The translations under genes were made by a program, and so were the position numbers. DNA of 64,000 bases from contig JBNRSN020000039.1 of assembly GCA_051313645.2 (NCBI GenBank), positions 6,820,001-6,884,000 on the forward strand. The letters run 5' to 3'. Below the pieces are notes generated by a model that saw only the letters and a program-made list of their open reading frames with translations, had not been told where the DNA came from and did not search any database. Source of the DNA: Centroscyllium fabricii. Taxonomy: Eukaryota. Positions 12,598 to 25,244 of this stretch are shown piece by piece. Position 1 is the first letter of the stretch; every line of letters begins with the position of its first letter.

Positions 12598-14520
12598 GGC
12601 CCCGAATGGAATCCTCCTGTGCCTCTCTAGCCATTTTCCAGTCTGAAATTGTATATTGTCCTGGGCTGAAATCTTTCTGTACACCCCAACACTTTCGTCA
12701 GTCAAAAATTGTGCATTGGCCTGGGCTGGCATCATCCTGTGCCCGTCCACACTTTATCCAGTCTGCAATTATACATTGACCTGGACTGGATTTCTCCTGT
12801 GTCCGTCCACACTTTAACCAGTCTGAAATTGAACATTGACCTGGAATGGATTTCTCCTGTGCCCCTATATACATTATTCAGTCTTACATTGTACATTGGT
12901 CTTTGCTGGTATACGCCTGTGCCCATTTTCAATGTCTACCGTCTTAATTGTACATTGGCCTGGGCTGCATTCCTTCAGTACAACTCTACACTTGATCCAG
13001 TCTGAAATTTGACGTGGTACTGGTGTCGAATAATCCTGTGCCACTTTGCACGTTCACCAGTCCGTAATCCTGCATTAGCCTGTGCTGGATTCGTCCTGTG
13101 CCTCTCTACACATTCTCAATTCTAGCATTGTATATTCGCATGTTCTAAAATCTTGCAGTGCAACACCCGACTTTCTCCAGTCAGAAATTGTACATTTGCC
13201 TGTGCTAGAATCTTCTTATGCCTCTCGGGAATTTCTCAAATCTGAAATTGTACATTTTCCAGTGATGGAATCCTCCGCTGACCCTCCACACGTTCTCCTG
13301 CCTGAAAGTGGACATTAACCTCGGCTGGAAACTTTCTGTGCCCCTCTAAACTTTCGCCCGGCTGAAATTGTACTTTGGCCTGGGCTGCAGTCCTCCTGAT
13401 CACTTCTAAACCTCCTCCAGTCCGAAATTGTAAATCTGTGCAGCTCTAAACTTTCTCCACTGTGAATAGGTATATTGTGCTCGGCTGGAGTCATCCGGTG
13501 CAGGTCTACACTTTCTCCAGTCTGTAATTGTACACTGTCCTGGGCTGGAATCGTCCTGTGCAGCTCTACACTTTCTCCAGTCTGTAATTGTACATTGTCC
13601 TGGGCTGGAATCCTCATGTGCAGCTCTACACTTTCTGCAGTCTGAAATTGTACGTTGGCCTGGGCTGGAATCCTCCTGGTCACGTCTGCACCTTCTCCAG
13701 TCCGAGATTGTATATCGGCCTGGGCTGGAATCCTTTTGTGCAGCTCTAAAATTTCTGCAGTCAGAATAGGTACATTGTCCGGGGCTGGAATAATCCTGTG
13801 CAGCTCGACACATTCTCCAGTCTGTAATTGTACATTGTCCTGGGCTGGAAACCTCATGTGCAACTCTCAATTTTTTCCCGGCTGAAATTGTTCTTTGGCC
13901 TAAGCTGGTGTACTCCTGATCACTTCTACGCATTCTCCAGTCCGAAATTGTATATCGCCCTGGGCTGGAATCCATCTGTGCAGCTCTAAACTTTCTCTAG
14001 TCTGAAATTGAGCATGGTCCGGGGCTGGAATCGTCCTGTGCAGCTCTAAACTTTCTCCAGTCTGTAGTATACATTGTCCTGGGCTGGAATCCTCCTGTGC
14101 AGCTCTAAACTTTCTCCAGTCTGAAATTGTACATTGTCCTCGGCTGGAATCCCCCTGCGCACATCTACACATTCTCCAGTCTGAAAGTGTACCTTGTCCT
14201 GGGCTGGAATTCTCCTGTGCAGCACTGCAATTTCTACAGTCTGAAATTGTACATTGCCCGGGCTGGAGTCCTCCGGTCCCCCTCTTTACATAAAGCAGTC
14301 TGAAGGAATGCACTGTCCTCCCGTGGAATTCAGCTTTACCGCTCTCCACTTTCACATATCTGAAAGTATACATTGAGCCCCTGTAACATTTCTCCTGTAT
14401 GAAATTGCAAATTGGTCTGGGCGTGATTCCTCCTGTGCCAATCTGCAGTTTATCCAGTCTTGAGCTGTTAATTGGCCTTGGCTGCAATCGTCATGTGCCC
14501 CTCTACACGTTCTCCAGTCT
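12598..14520. repeat. 60-bp minisatellite array, most homogeneous part at ~13440-14270
   Basis: Successive 60-nt lines from 13501 to 14040 stay in register (cagctctacactttctccagtctg...), which fixes the period at 60 bp. Confidence 0.96.
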
Positions 14521-14554
14521 AGGATTATTGACCAACCCCGGCGCTTGTACTCAC

Positions 14555-14600
14555 TTCTTCGAAGACAGATCAGTGTGAGCACAAGTAAAGCTGTCTTCAT
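14555..14600 (-). other. Putative leader exon copy MKTALLVLTLICLRR with intact GTGAGT donor
   Basis: Homolog of 6536-6581; open frame with a GT donor at 14554. Confidence 0.5.
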
Positions 14601-16160
14601 CGTGGATCCTGTTGAATGATACCCTCGGCATGGTTTCTGTGTACGCACTAGTTCAGCTTTAGTAATATGTGTCTGCACCTAATTTATTAACAATTAACCA
14701 ATTCTGCTCAATTGCTAATCATTACTTTGCTTACCGTCAGAACCTGCCCTTGAATTCTGCTCCTTGTTCTGTATATGTTTCCTACTTATTCGGCAGGATA
14801 CTGCATCCTCCCGGCTGTTGTCTATCTAACCCCCTGCGCATGCACACGTATCTGAGAAGACTCCTCTAAGCAAAACCTACAACGTTGAATATTCCTAGTC
14901 CCCGCGTCTCTGACCAGTGTGAAATCAGGGCATACTGTGTTATTGCTGCCTAGAGCATGGATTCGAACCGTGACTATTACTTCCTCCTCCGCCCTAATGT
15001 CGCTCTTACTCTGCTATATTCAAATGTGGAGGTACATTGTCCTCGGATGGATTCGTCATGCTCCAGTGTAATATTTCTCCTGTGTGAACTTGTACATTGG
15101 CATGGGCTGCAGTCCTGCTGTGACCCTCTACAATATCTCCAATCTGAAAGTGTACCTTGGCCTGGGCTGGAATTCTCATGTGCCCCTCTACTCTTTTTCA
15201 GACTGACATTCTATATTGGCCTCGTCTAAAATCCTCCCAAGCCCCTCTAAAACTTCTCCATTATCAAATTCTCCATTGGACTGGTCTAATATCCTGCTGT
15301 ACCACTCTGTAGTGTCTCCTGTCTGAAATTGTTCATTGGCCTTGTCTGTAATCCTCCTGGACCCCTCTAATATTTCTCCAGTCTGCGATTATGAAGCAGC
15401 CCCGTCGTTTGCACTCACTGCATCAAATGCAGATCAGAGCGAGCGAAAGTACAGCTGCATTCATCCTGGATCCAGTTTAATGATATCTTCTGCATGATTA
15501 TTGTACGCGCACTAGTTCAGCATTATTAATATTTGGCTGCACCTTATCTGTTAATCATTGAACAATTCTGCTCAATTGCTGATCATTAATTTGTTTATCG
15601 TCATTACTTGCCCTTGAATTTTACACAAGACTTTTACACAAGATTCTGTTATGTTTTCCTCCTGATTCGTCAGCTTACTCCTTCCTTCGGCTATTGTCCC
15701 TCGAAACACCTTTTCATACTCTGGTATCTGAGAAGACTCCTCTAAGTTTAACGTACAATGTTGAATATTCCTATGTCCATTTGACTCTGTCCAGTTTGGA
15801 ATCTTATCACTCGGTGTTAGTGCTGCCGAGACCAAGGATTCCTACCGTGACGACCACTGCCCCTCCACCCTGCTTGTAGCTCTCAATCTCATGTATTCTC
15901 AACATTACCCGTTTTCTTTTTAGTATTCCTGCCATTTGGTTTTGCTGTCATCTCTTCCCTTCTATTGGCTATTCCCTCGCTATCCTGGTTACTGTGATTA
16001 TTTATCCTTCTGTGTTTAAGCACATTTCCTTCCTCCTGTTTCCGTGTAGACCTCGGCCTCCTGGTTTCTTCGTATTATTACCTTTTCTCCATTTTTTGTT
16101 ATTACTCCATACTCCTGCCTGTGGTTATTGAAAATCCTTCATTATTCGTATTACTCATCC

Positions 16161-17238
16161 TTGGGTTGGCAGATAGAAAACAGAGAGTTGGAATTAACGG
16201 CATGTTTTCTCAGTGGCAGGCGGTGACTAGTGGGGTACCGCAGTGGTCTGTCCTGGGACTCCAGCCGTTTACAATATATATTAATGATCTGGAACAGGGA
16301 ATTGAATGTAATATCTCCAGATTCGCGGATGACACCAAACTAGGAGGGGGGGCGGGCTCTGAAGAGGGTGTCAGGAAGTTACAGGGTGATTTGGATAAGT
16401 TGGGGGACTGGGCAGAGCGATGGCAGATGCACTATTATGTGGATAAATGTGAGGTTATCCACTTTGGGGGCAAAAACAGGAGGATAGATTATTACTTAAA
16501 TGGCAATAGATTGGGAGATGGGGAGGTGCAAAGAGACCTGGGTGTTCTTGGACACCAGTAGCTGAAGGTGAGCACGCAGGTGCAGCAGGCGGTTAGGAAG
16601 GCAAATTGTGTGTTGGCCTTCATATCAAGAGGGGTCGAGTATAGGAATAAGGATACCTTACTGCAGCTGTACAAGGCAATGGTGAGACCACACCTCGAGT
16701 ATTGTGTACAGTTCTGGTCGCCTCGCCTGAGGAAGCATGTTCTTGCCATGGAAGAGGTGCAGCGGCGTTTCACCAGGCTGATTCCTGGAATGGCAGGAAT
16801 GACCTACGAGGAGAGACTATGCAGTCTGGGCTTGTACTCGTTGGAGTTTAGAAAATTGAGAGGCGATCTCATTGAGACGTATACAATTCTGAAAGGCCTG
16901 GATAGGTTAGATTCAGAGAGATTGTTTCCAATGGCGGGGGAGTCCAGAACCAGGGGCCACGGTCTAAGAATAAGGGGTAAACCATTTAGGACAGACATGA
17001 GGAAGAATTTCTTCACTCAGAGAGTGGTGGGCCTGTGGAATTCCTTGCCACAGAGGGCGGTGGAGGCCAGCTCATTAAACATATTCAAGAGGGAATTGGA
17101 TATATTTCTTCAAGCTAAAGGGATTAAAGGTTATGGAGAAAAGGCGGGGACGGGGTACTAGCTTGCTAAAGATCAGCCATGATCTCATTGAATGGCGGAG
17201 CAGGCTCGAAGGGCTGAATGGCCTACTCCTGCTCCTAT
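16161..17238 (+). mobile_element. 5'-truncated CR1 LINE (shark HER1-like 3' end) inserted in macro-repeat unit 6
   Basis: SGVPQWSVLG...FADDTKLGG...VRPHLEYCVQFW...FFTQRVV. 3' UTR gatcagccatgatctcattgaatggcggagcaggctcg... with a (ctatgatt) tail. One in-frame stop near 16560. Confidence 0.93.
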
Positions 17239-17860
17239 CTTCTATGATTCTATGATTCAATGATTGTCCTATTCATTATGACGCCACCCATCCCGAAGGT
17301 TTTTTTAAACAAAATGACAGGGAAATTACGCATTGATGTTCTCTCTATCAGTAGAGCTGACCCCATGTGCTCCCCCGTTCGCATATCAGATATCCTAAAC
17401 AGAAAGCTATTTCCAAGGGTTTTGAAAACGCTGTTTTTATATAAGAAACAAAAATATACAAAGAAAGAATGATTCAAAGAGCATTTAGAAAGTAATAACA
17501 ACGAAAGACAGAAAGAAAGAGAACAAGCAAGAAAAAACCAAATAAAATAAGAAATATAAGAACGAAAGTAGAAATGAGAGAAAGAAAAAAGTAAAGAAAG
17601 AAAAAATGTAAGAAATAATGCAGTGAGGAATTATTGCAAGAAGGAAGGAACGAACGAATAAAGAAAGAAATAAAGATAGAAAAAAGTAAAGAGAGAAGGA
17701 AGGCAACGAAGGATAAAAAAAAGAAAGAGAGAAATAAACAAAAAAGAATGACCGAAAGAAAGAACGAAGGAAGAATGTAAGAAAGATCGAAGGAAAGAAA
17801 GAAAGAAAACGAAAGAACGAAATAAGGCAGGAATGAAATAATTAAGGAAATTAGAGAAGG

Positions 17861-19210
17861 ATCGGGCTGGAGTCCTCCTTTTCAGCTCTACACATTCTCC
17901 AGTCTAAAATAATACATTGGCCTGGGCTGCAATCATCCGGTGCCCCTCTAAACATTCTCCAGTCTGAAATTGTACATTGTCCAGGGCTGCAATCATCCTG
18001 TGCCCCTCTGCACATTTTACAGTCTGAAATTGAACATTGGCCTGGGCTGCTGTCATCCTTTGCCCCTCTCAACATTCTCCAGTGTGAAATTGTACATAGT
18101 CCTTGGCTATAATCGTCCTGTGCCCCTCTGCACAGATTACAGTCTGAAATTGTATATTGTCCTGGTCTGACGTCATCTTGTGCCCCTCTAATCTTTCTCC
18201 AGTCTGACATTGTGCATGGTCCTGGGCTGGATTCTTCCCCTGACCCTCTAAACTTGCTCCAATGTAAAACTGTATATTGGCCTGGGCTAGAAACCTCTTG
18301 TGCTACTTTGGAATTTCTCCAGACTGAAATTGTAATTTTTTCTGTGCTGGAATCATCTTGTCCCACTATGGTATTTCACTTGCCCCAATGTGTACATTTT
18401 CCTCCATGGCACCTCTATAAATTCTCTTGCCTGAAATTGTACATTGGCCTGGGCTAGAATCCTCCTTAACTTCTCTGCACAGTCTCCAGTCTGAAAGTGT
18501 ACATATGCTGGACTGGAATAATCCTGTGCACCTCTACATTTTCTCCAGTCTGAAATCTAATCTTGACAAGAGCTGGAGTCGTCCTGAGCACCCTTCCATT
18601 ACGGCAGTATCAAATTATATATTGGCATTGGCTGTAATTCTCCTATGCCCCTCTGTCCCTATCTCCAGTCTGAAATTGTACTTTGTGCAGGGCTGGAATA
18701 CTCCTGTGGACCTCTACACGTTCTCCGGCCTGAAATCATACATTGTGACGATATGCAGTCCTACTGACCCCCTCTCTACTTACAGCAGTCTGAGGTTATA
18801 CATTGGCCTCGGCTCAAATTCTCCTTTACCCCTCTACACTTTCTCATATATTAAATTGTACATTGTTCTGGGCTGGATTCGCCATGCGGCCCTGTAACAG
18901 TTCTCCTGTCTGCAATTGTAAATTGGCCTGGGTTCGAATCTTCCTGTAACCCTCGACATTTTCTCCAGTCTGAAATTGTACATCGGATGGGCTCGATTCC
19001 ACCTGTACACCTCTACTGTTTCTCCATTATCAAATTGTACATTGGCTTCGCCTAGAATCTTTCTCTGTCCCTCTAAACATTCTCCATTTTGAACAGCTTC
19101 ATTTGACAGGGCTGGAAACGTGTTGTGCCCCTCCAAAACTTCTCGAGTCTGGAATTGTTAATTGGCCTTGTCTGGAATCATCCAGTGCCCCTCTACTCTT
19201 TCCCCAGTCT
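17861..19210. repeat. 60-bp minisatellite array
   Basis: Same monomer family. Confidence 0.92.
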
Positions 19211-19375
19211 GCGATTGTGAACCAGCCCCGTCGGGTGTACTCAGCAGATCGAAGACTGATCAGAGTGAGCGCAAGTGAAGGTCTCTTCATCCTGGATACA
19301 GTTGAATGATATCCTCTACATGGTTTCTGTGCGTGCACTGAATCAGCTTTAGCAATATGTGGCTGCACCCAATTT

Positions 19376-19388
19376 GTTAATCATTAAC
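19376..19388. promoter_or_regulatory. Perfect HNF1 consensus GTTAATCATTAAC (also at 27991-28003)
   Basis: Exact match to GTTAATNATTAAC, ~86 bp upstream of the leader ATG at 19290 (-). Confidence 0.55.
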
Positions 19389-21439
19389 CGATTCTCTCAT
19401 TTGCTAATCATGAGTTTGTTTACCATCAGAACCAGCCCTTGCCTTTTGTTCCTGTTTCTGTTTATTTTTTTCCACCTGATTTGTCAGGTTACTCCTTTCC
19501 TCTCGGCTATTGCCCATCAAACCACTTTCTCATACTGTGGTATCTGGGAAGTGTCCTCTAATCGTATCACACAAAGCTGAATATTCTCATGGCTCTGTGA
19601 CGCTGTCTATTGTGGAATCATAACACTCTGTATTATTGCTGGCCGAGTATTGGTACACTGGCGACCACTCCACCCTGCTTGAAGTTTTTACTATCTTGTA
19701 TTTTTAACATTCCCCCTTTTCTTTTTAGTATTCCTGCCTTTTCTCTTTGTGACATGTCTTCACTTATAATGGCCATTCCCAAGATATCATGGTTACTGGG
19801 ATTATTCAAATTTATGTAATTCAACACATTTCCTTCCTCCTGTTTCAGGGAAGTCTCGGCCTCCTGCGTTCTTAATATTATTCATTTATGTTGGTTTGTT
19901 ATTATTACTCAATTCTCCTGTCTGTAGCTATAAAACTTCCTTTATTCTTCTTTTTACTCATTCACGTCGTTTTCATTATGACGCCACCCACCCCGTAGTT
20001 TATTACACAGAATCACATGGAAATTATTCAAACGCGAAAGACAACTGAATCCACAATGAGTGTTGCTCATCATGCTCCTCCCTATCAGTAGAGCTGATCC
20101 AATGTGCCCCGAATTTCACATATTACATACACTAATCATAAGTTATATCCCTGTGTATAGTATGAATATAAGAAGCAATGAATGAAATAAAGAACATTTA
20201 GAAAGGAATCAAACCGAAAGACAGAAACAGAGAACAAGTTATAAAATAAAAAATGGAAGAAAGAAACATGAAACTAAGGAGCAAAGAAAGAACGTAGGAA
20301 GGAAACAAAGAAAAATGTAAAGAAAGAAAGCAAGATATAAAGAATAAGGCAGTGAGGAATGAAAGCAGGAAGGGATGTTCGAAGGAATAAAATAATACAG
20401 TAGGAATGTGAGAAGGCAAGAAATGAGGTAAGAATGAATAAAATAACGGAAGAAAGAAAGAAAGAGAGAAATAGAAGGAACGACGGAAATAAATCAGACA
20501 AGGAAGTAAAGAATGAATGAAACAAGAAAGGACAGGACTGGCGTCCTCCTGTGCACCCCTACACTTACTGCAGTCTGAAATTGTACATTGGCCTAGATTG
20601 GAATCCTGCGGTGGCCCTGTACAGATTCGCCAGCCTGAATTTGTAAGTTGGCTTTGGCTCGAGTCCTCCTGTGCAACGCTACACTTACTGCAGTCTGAAA
20701 TTACACATTGGTCTGCACTGGCATGCTACTGTGCCCATCTAGAACTTCTCCAGTACGAATTTGTACATTGACCTGAGCTGGAACTTTCCTTTCTCCAGTC
20801 TTAAATTGTAATGTGATTGTTCTTGACTACTCCTGTGCCCATCTACACTTGCTGCATTCTGAAACTGTACGCTGTCCAGGGCTGGAAAACCATTGCGCCC
20901 CTCTTCAATTTCTCCAGCCGAAGATTGTAAAGTGGCATCAGCTGGAATCCTCCTGTGCACCTCTACACTTTCTCAAATCTGAAATTCTATATTAGCCTGG
21001 GCTGGCAACCTATTGTTCCACTCTGGACATTCTCCAGACTGAAATTGTACATGTTCCGGTGGTGGAATACTCTGCTACCCCTCTGTACGTTCTCCTGTCT
21101 AAAATTGTACATTGGCCTGTGCTGAAGTCCTCCTGTGCACCTTTACAATCACTGCAGTCTGAAATTGTACATTGGCTTAGACTGTCATTCTACATTTCGC
21201 TCTAAATGATCTCTGGTCTGAAATTGTACATTGGCCTTAGCTATAATCATCCCGTGCCCCTCTGCACTTTCTCCAGTCTGAAATTCTACATTGTTCTGGG
21301 TTGGCATCCTCTTCCGCCCCTATACAATTTATCCAGTCCGAAATTGTACGTTGTCCTCAGCTGGAATACTCCTGTGCCACTCTACACTTACTCCAGTCAG
21401 CAATTCTACTTTGGCCTGGGCTGGAATACTCCTACATAC

Positions 21440-21835
21440 GAACATAACAAATAGCAGCAGAAGTAGCCCAATCGGCCCCTCGAGCCTGCTCCACCATTCA
21501 CAAGATTATCGCTCATCTTATCATAACCTGAAATCTACTTTCACTCTCCATCCCACCCGTACGCATGTGATCTCCCGGGAGAGGCGAAACGGCAGAAAAA
21601 TAAACGAATGGCAAATGTGGGAAAAAAAATCTGGGGAGATCATTTCCGACCCCTCTTGGCGATCGAAACTCGTCCAAAAGTTCACATGGCCGATCTAAAC
21701 CTAGCCTTAAATCCACTTTCCTGACGGCTCACCGTAATCCCTAATGCCCTTTACATCGCGAAAGCTGTCTCTGCTTGAAATACATTCAATTAGTAGTTTC
21801 CACAGCTGTCTGGGGCAGACAATTCCACAGACATG
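21440..21835 (-). mobile_element. Degenerate CR1-type 3' end fragment(s) (duplicate at ~30027-30422)
   Basis: gaacataacaaatagcagcagaagtagcccaatcggcccctcgagcctgctccaccattca resembles the reverse complement of the CR1/HE1 3' UTR. Confidence 0.6.
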
Positions 21836-21908
21836 CCAATTCAATTCAATTCAATTATTATTGTCATTGCAGAGTACAAGTACAATACAATGAGACGAAG
21901 TGTAGTGC
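21836..21908 (-). mobile_element. Extremely 5'-truncated Rex1/Babar 3' end (duplicate at ~30424-30495)
   Basis: caattcaattcaattcaattattattgtcattgcagagtac...gagacgaag matches the Rex1 tail at 10878-10950. Confidence 0.8.
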
Positions 21909-23341
21909 ACGCGCCCCTGTAACATTTCACGTATCTGCAATTATACATTGACCTGTGCTCGAATGCTCCTGTGCCCATCTACCCAATTTCAGACTGAGGT
22001 TCTGCATTGGTCTCGACTGGAATCATCCTATGTCCCTTTAACATTCTCCTTTCTGAAATTCTAAATTGGCCTGGGCTAGAATAATGCTTTGCCGCTCTAA
22101 ATTTTGTCCATTGTGAAAATGTTAATTGGCCTTGGCTGGAATCCTCCTCTGCCCCTCTACTCTTTCTGCAGTTTTAGATCATGAACCAGCACCGTCGGTT
22201 GTACTCAATGCATTGAAGACAGATCATAATGAGGGTAAGTACAGCTGCCTTCATCCTGGATCCAGTTGAATGATTCCTCTGCATGTTGTCTGTGCGCGCA
22301 CTAGCTCAGCTTTAGTTATATTTGCCTGCACCTCATTTTTTAATCATTAACCAATTCCGCTCAATTGCTAATCATTAGTTTATTTAAAGACATAACCTGC
22401 CCTTGACTTGTACTCATTTGTTCTGTTTATCATTTCTCCTGATTCGCCAGCTTACTCCTACCTCTCGGCTGTTGTCCATCTAAAACCCTTCTCACACTCC
22501 GGGATCTTAGAATAATCCATTATGGGTAACGCATAACATTGAATATTCCTATGTACCCGTGGCTCTGTCCAGTTTGGAATCATAACATGCCTTGTTAGAG
22601 CTGCCTAGAGCTTGGATTTGTACCGTGAAGACCACTCCCCCTCCACCCTGCTTGTAGCTCTTAAACTCATGTATTCTTAACATTCCCAATTTTCTTTTTA
22701 ATATTCCTGCCTTGTGGTTTTGCTGACATGTCTTCACTCATACTGTCCATTCCCTCGCTATCCTGGATCCTGGGATAATTCTTCCTTTTTGTGTTTCATC
22801 ACATGCCCTTTCTCGTGCTTGCGTGTAGATCTCGGGATCCAGGGTCCTTTGTATTATTACTTTATCTTGGTTTCTTGCTGTTATTCATTTCTCCTGTCTG
22901 TGGCTATATAACTTCCTTCATTCTTCTTATTGCTCACCCGCATCTTTTTCATTATGGCCCCTACCCAATCTGTAGGTTTTTACACAGAATCTCAGGGAAA
23001 TTAGAGGGAAGGCGCATGGAGCGTGCTGTGGTAGGCCCCAGGCCTCAGACCCGATGTTTGAAACTTGGACTTGAAATTACACAAAGGGGAAAGACAATTG
23101 AATCCACAGTGAGTGATGCTCATTATTCTCCCGTCTATCAATAGAACTGATGCCAAGCCCCCCACCCGCGTTCCCATATTTATTCTTCTGGTCAGAAATC
23201 TCATCGCACTTTTTGTAGAAGCTGTTTCGATATAAGATAGAAAAAGTATAAAGAAGAAATAAATGAAGGAAGGAAAGATTATAAGAAAGGGCATAAAAAG
23301 AATAAAAACGAAAGACAGAAAGAAAGAGAACAAGCAATAAT

Positions 23342-23976
23342 GGGCCAGAATTTCCTGAATAATGGGCCAGAATTTCCTGTGCTCCAGAGGAGATGCACAC
23401 TCACGAAGGGGCGTCCGAAATGACCCTTGGGTGTGCAGCACGGGGGATGCCCTCGAACGGGAATTTCCTGTGCTGATGGGCAAGGCCCGTCAGCATCCAA
23501 CGCATGAAGACCTTGCACTGACGATTTCCTGTCAGAACGGGTGAAAATGCGTGTGTCAGCAGGTGGGCAAGTCGCTCTGGAGTTGCACATCTGAAAAGCA
23601 GTCGTAGCTGTGTGCCTGTGGTGCGTGCAGAACGGGAAAAAGCACTCTCATAGCGTTAAAAGGTAAGTTATTTGTTGATGTGATTCACATTCCTCTCATT
23701 TACACTTCACACTACAGCCGACGGCAGACTTTGTTAGCAGTTAGTTTATTATACAGTGCACGCTGAATAGCCTGCTTCTCTGTCAGAAAGAGAAATACTT
23801 AAGAGACGGTTTGTTTACTGACTTCATTTTAAAATGTGAAACTCTCACCTCGATGGAAGGGCGAGCTCCCCCAGATTTGCCGTTGTTACATTTCTCAGCC
23901 GGGCTGGAGACGCTGGTGGCTTCCTTTAACTGGGTCTCACGTTTTGAAACAGTTTTGACTCCCTTGGTTTGGCTTC
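23342..23976. mobile_element. Possible non-autonomous DNA transposon (MITE-like), truncated in copy A and longer in copy B (~31929-32900)
   Basis: Begins gggccagaattt (locally duplicated as a 22-bp unit) and terminates the GA tract. Copy B has a degenerate ...gatcagagccc end near 32900. No coding signal. Confidence 0.35.
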
Positions 23977-24323
23977 AGGTGTCAGAGAGTTGCCATTTAG
24001 CTTAAACTCGGTAGAGGTCGGTTCGGCAAAGAACTTGACTCAGCAAGGTTCCCGGCGATTTGGAAAACTGTTAATGTAACGCCCTTAATTTAAGAAGGTA
24101 GTAGATAAAATGTTGTAAACTATAAATCAGTTAGCCTAACACCTGTGGCTGGTAAAATGTTGGAGTCCATTATTAAGGAAACTGTAGCAGGTCATTTGGA
24201 TAAACATAATTTAATAGGACAAAGTCAGCATGGCTTTACGAAGGGGAAGTCATGTTTCACAAATTTGCTCCAGTTCTTTGAAAATGTAAAATACATTTGG
24301 GAAACATGGTAACCAGTGGATGA

Positions 24324-25244
24324 TTCCATGGTTCCGGTTCTGGCGGACGGCCGCCATCGGGCGGCCGTCCCCTCCTCGTTGGGTTTGTTCGTCGTGTTCC
24401 ACCGCCGTTCGACCGTCGGCGGCGCCGGGTGAGAGCCGGTGGGATGCGGGGTGCAGTGGGGCCCCGGGACGCCGCTTCGGTTCGGCCTCGGTCCGGAGTT
24501 CGGACCTCCGGGGTGTCGGGCCTGCGGGCGCAGGAGCCTGTGTCGGGAGATGGAGCTCCGCAAAACCTGGGTCGGGAGCTCCGCAAAACCTGGGACGGGA
24601 GCTGGAGATCCGCAAAACCTGGGTCGGGAGCTGGAGATCCGCAAAACCTGGGTCGGGAGCTGGAGATCCGCAAAACCTGGGTCGGGAGCTGGAGATCCGC
24701 AAAACCTGGGTCGGGAGCTGGAGCTCCGTGAGCCTGTGTCGGGAGCTGGAGCTCCGTGAGCCTGTGTCGGGAGCTGGAGCTCCGGGGGCCTGTGTCGGGA
24801 GCTGGAGCTCCGGGGGCCTGTGTCGGGAGCTGGAGCTCCGGGAGCCTGTGTCGGGAGCTGGGGCTCCGTGGGCCTGTGTCGGGAGCTGGAGCTCCGTGAG
24901 CCTGTGTCGGGAGCTGGAGCTCCGGGGGCCTGCGCCCGGAGATCGGAGTTCCGTGGATTCGGGAGTCGGACTGAGAGCGGCCACGCTAGGAACAGTGGCA
25001 GAGCGAATTGACTGGGCGAGAGAGGACAATTTTACCAACGGTTGAGTGGCCAGAGCAGGAACGGGATACTCGATCTTGGCGCCGTAATTTGGCTGACGTC
25101 TTGCGGGCTCGTTCGCGCTGGGCAGCTTAAGTGTTGCGCGGTTGTTGTTGTTGCACGGTGTGTCGGGTAGCAGTAAGCATTTCGTTGTATGGTGTTTGTT
25201 CGCTGTACAATGACAAATAAATTGAACTTTGAACTTTGAACTTT
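24324..25244 (+). mobile_element. Non-autonomous retroposon (921 bp) with internal 28/29-bp GC-rich VNTR and Rex1-like 3' end
   Basis: Flanked by gatga (24319-24323 / 25245-25249). Ends caatgacaaataaa...(gaacttt)n. The empty site is seen in duplicate copy B near 34280. Confidence 0.85.
24535..24935. repeat. GC-rich minisatellite, 29-bp (gggtcgggagctggagatccgcaaaacct) and 28-bp (gtgtcgggagctggagctccgtgagcct) units
   Basis: Near-perfect tandem units read directly from the sequence. Confidence 0.95.

Larger units (their letters stand above)
20531..22172. repeat. 60-bp minisatellite array interrupted by retroposon fragments at ~21440-21910 (duplicate at ~29118-30760)
   Basis: Same monomer family. 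Confidence 0.88.

Noticed and set aside
11935-12750. ORFs spanning N runs (also 1255-1649)
   Set aside because: Artefacts of assembly gaps.
2515-14520. CRISPR-like appearance of regularly recurring ccagtctgaaattgtacattg
   Set aside because: The intervening sequence is homologous between units (a whole 60-bp monomer), there are no unique spacers or cas genes, and the context is vertebrate.
22209-22254. Assignment of the leader to apolipoprotein A-I (MKAAVLTL match) or vitellogenin
   Set aside because: The match is short, low-complexity and present only in this unit and its duplicate; no downstream exons of either gene are visible, so no gene symbol is given.
23105-23111. cacagtg/cactgtg heptamers suggesting V(D)J recombination signals next to a leader-like exon
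   Set aside because: No nonamer at 12 or 23 bp spacing, not conserved across units, and no Ig/TCR V or J coding motifs.
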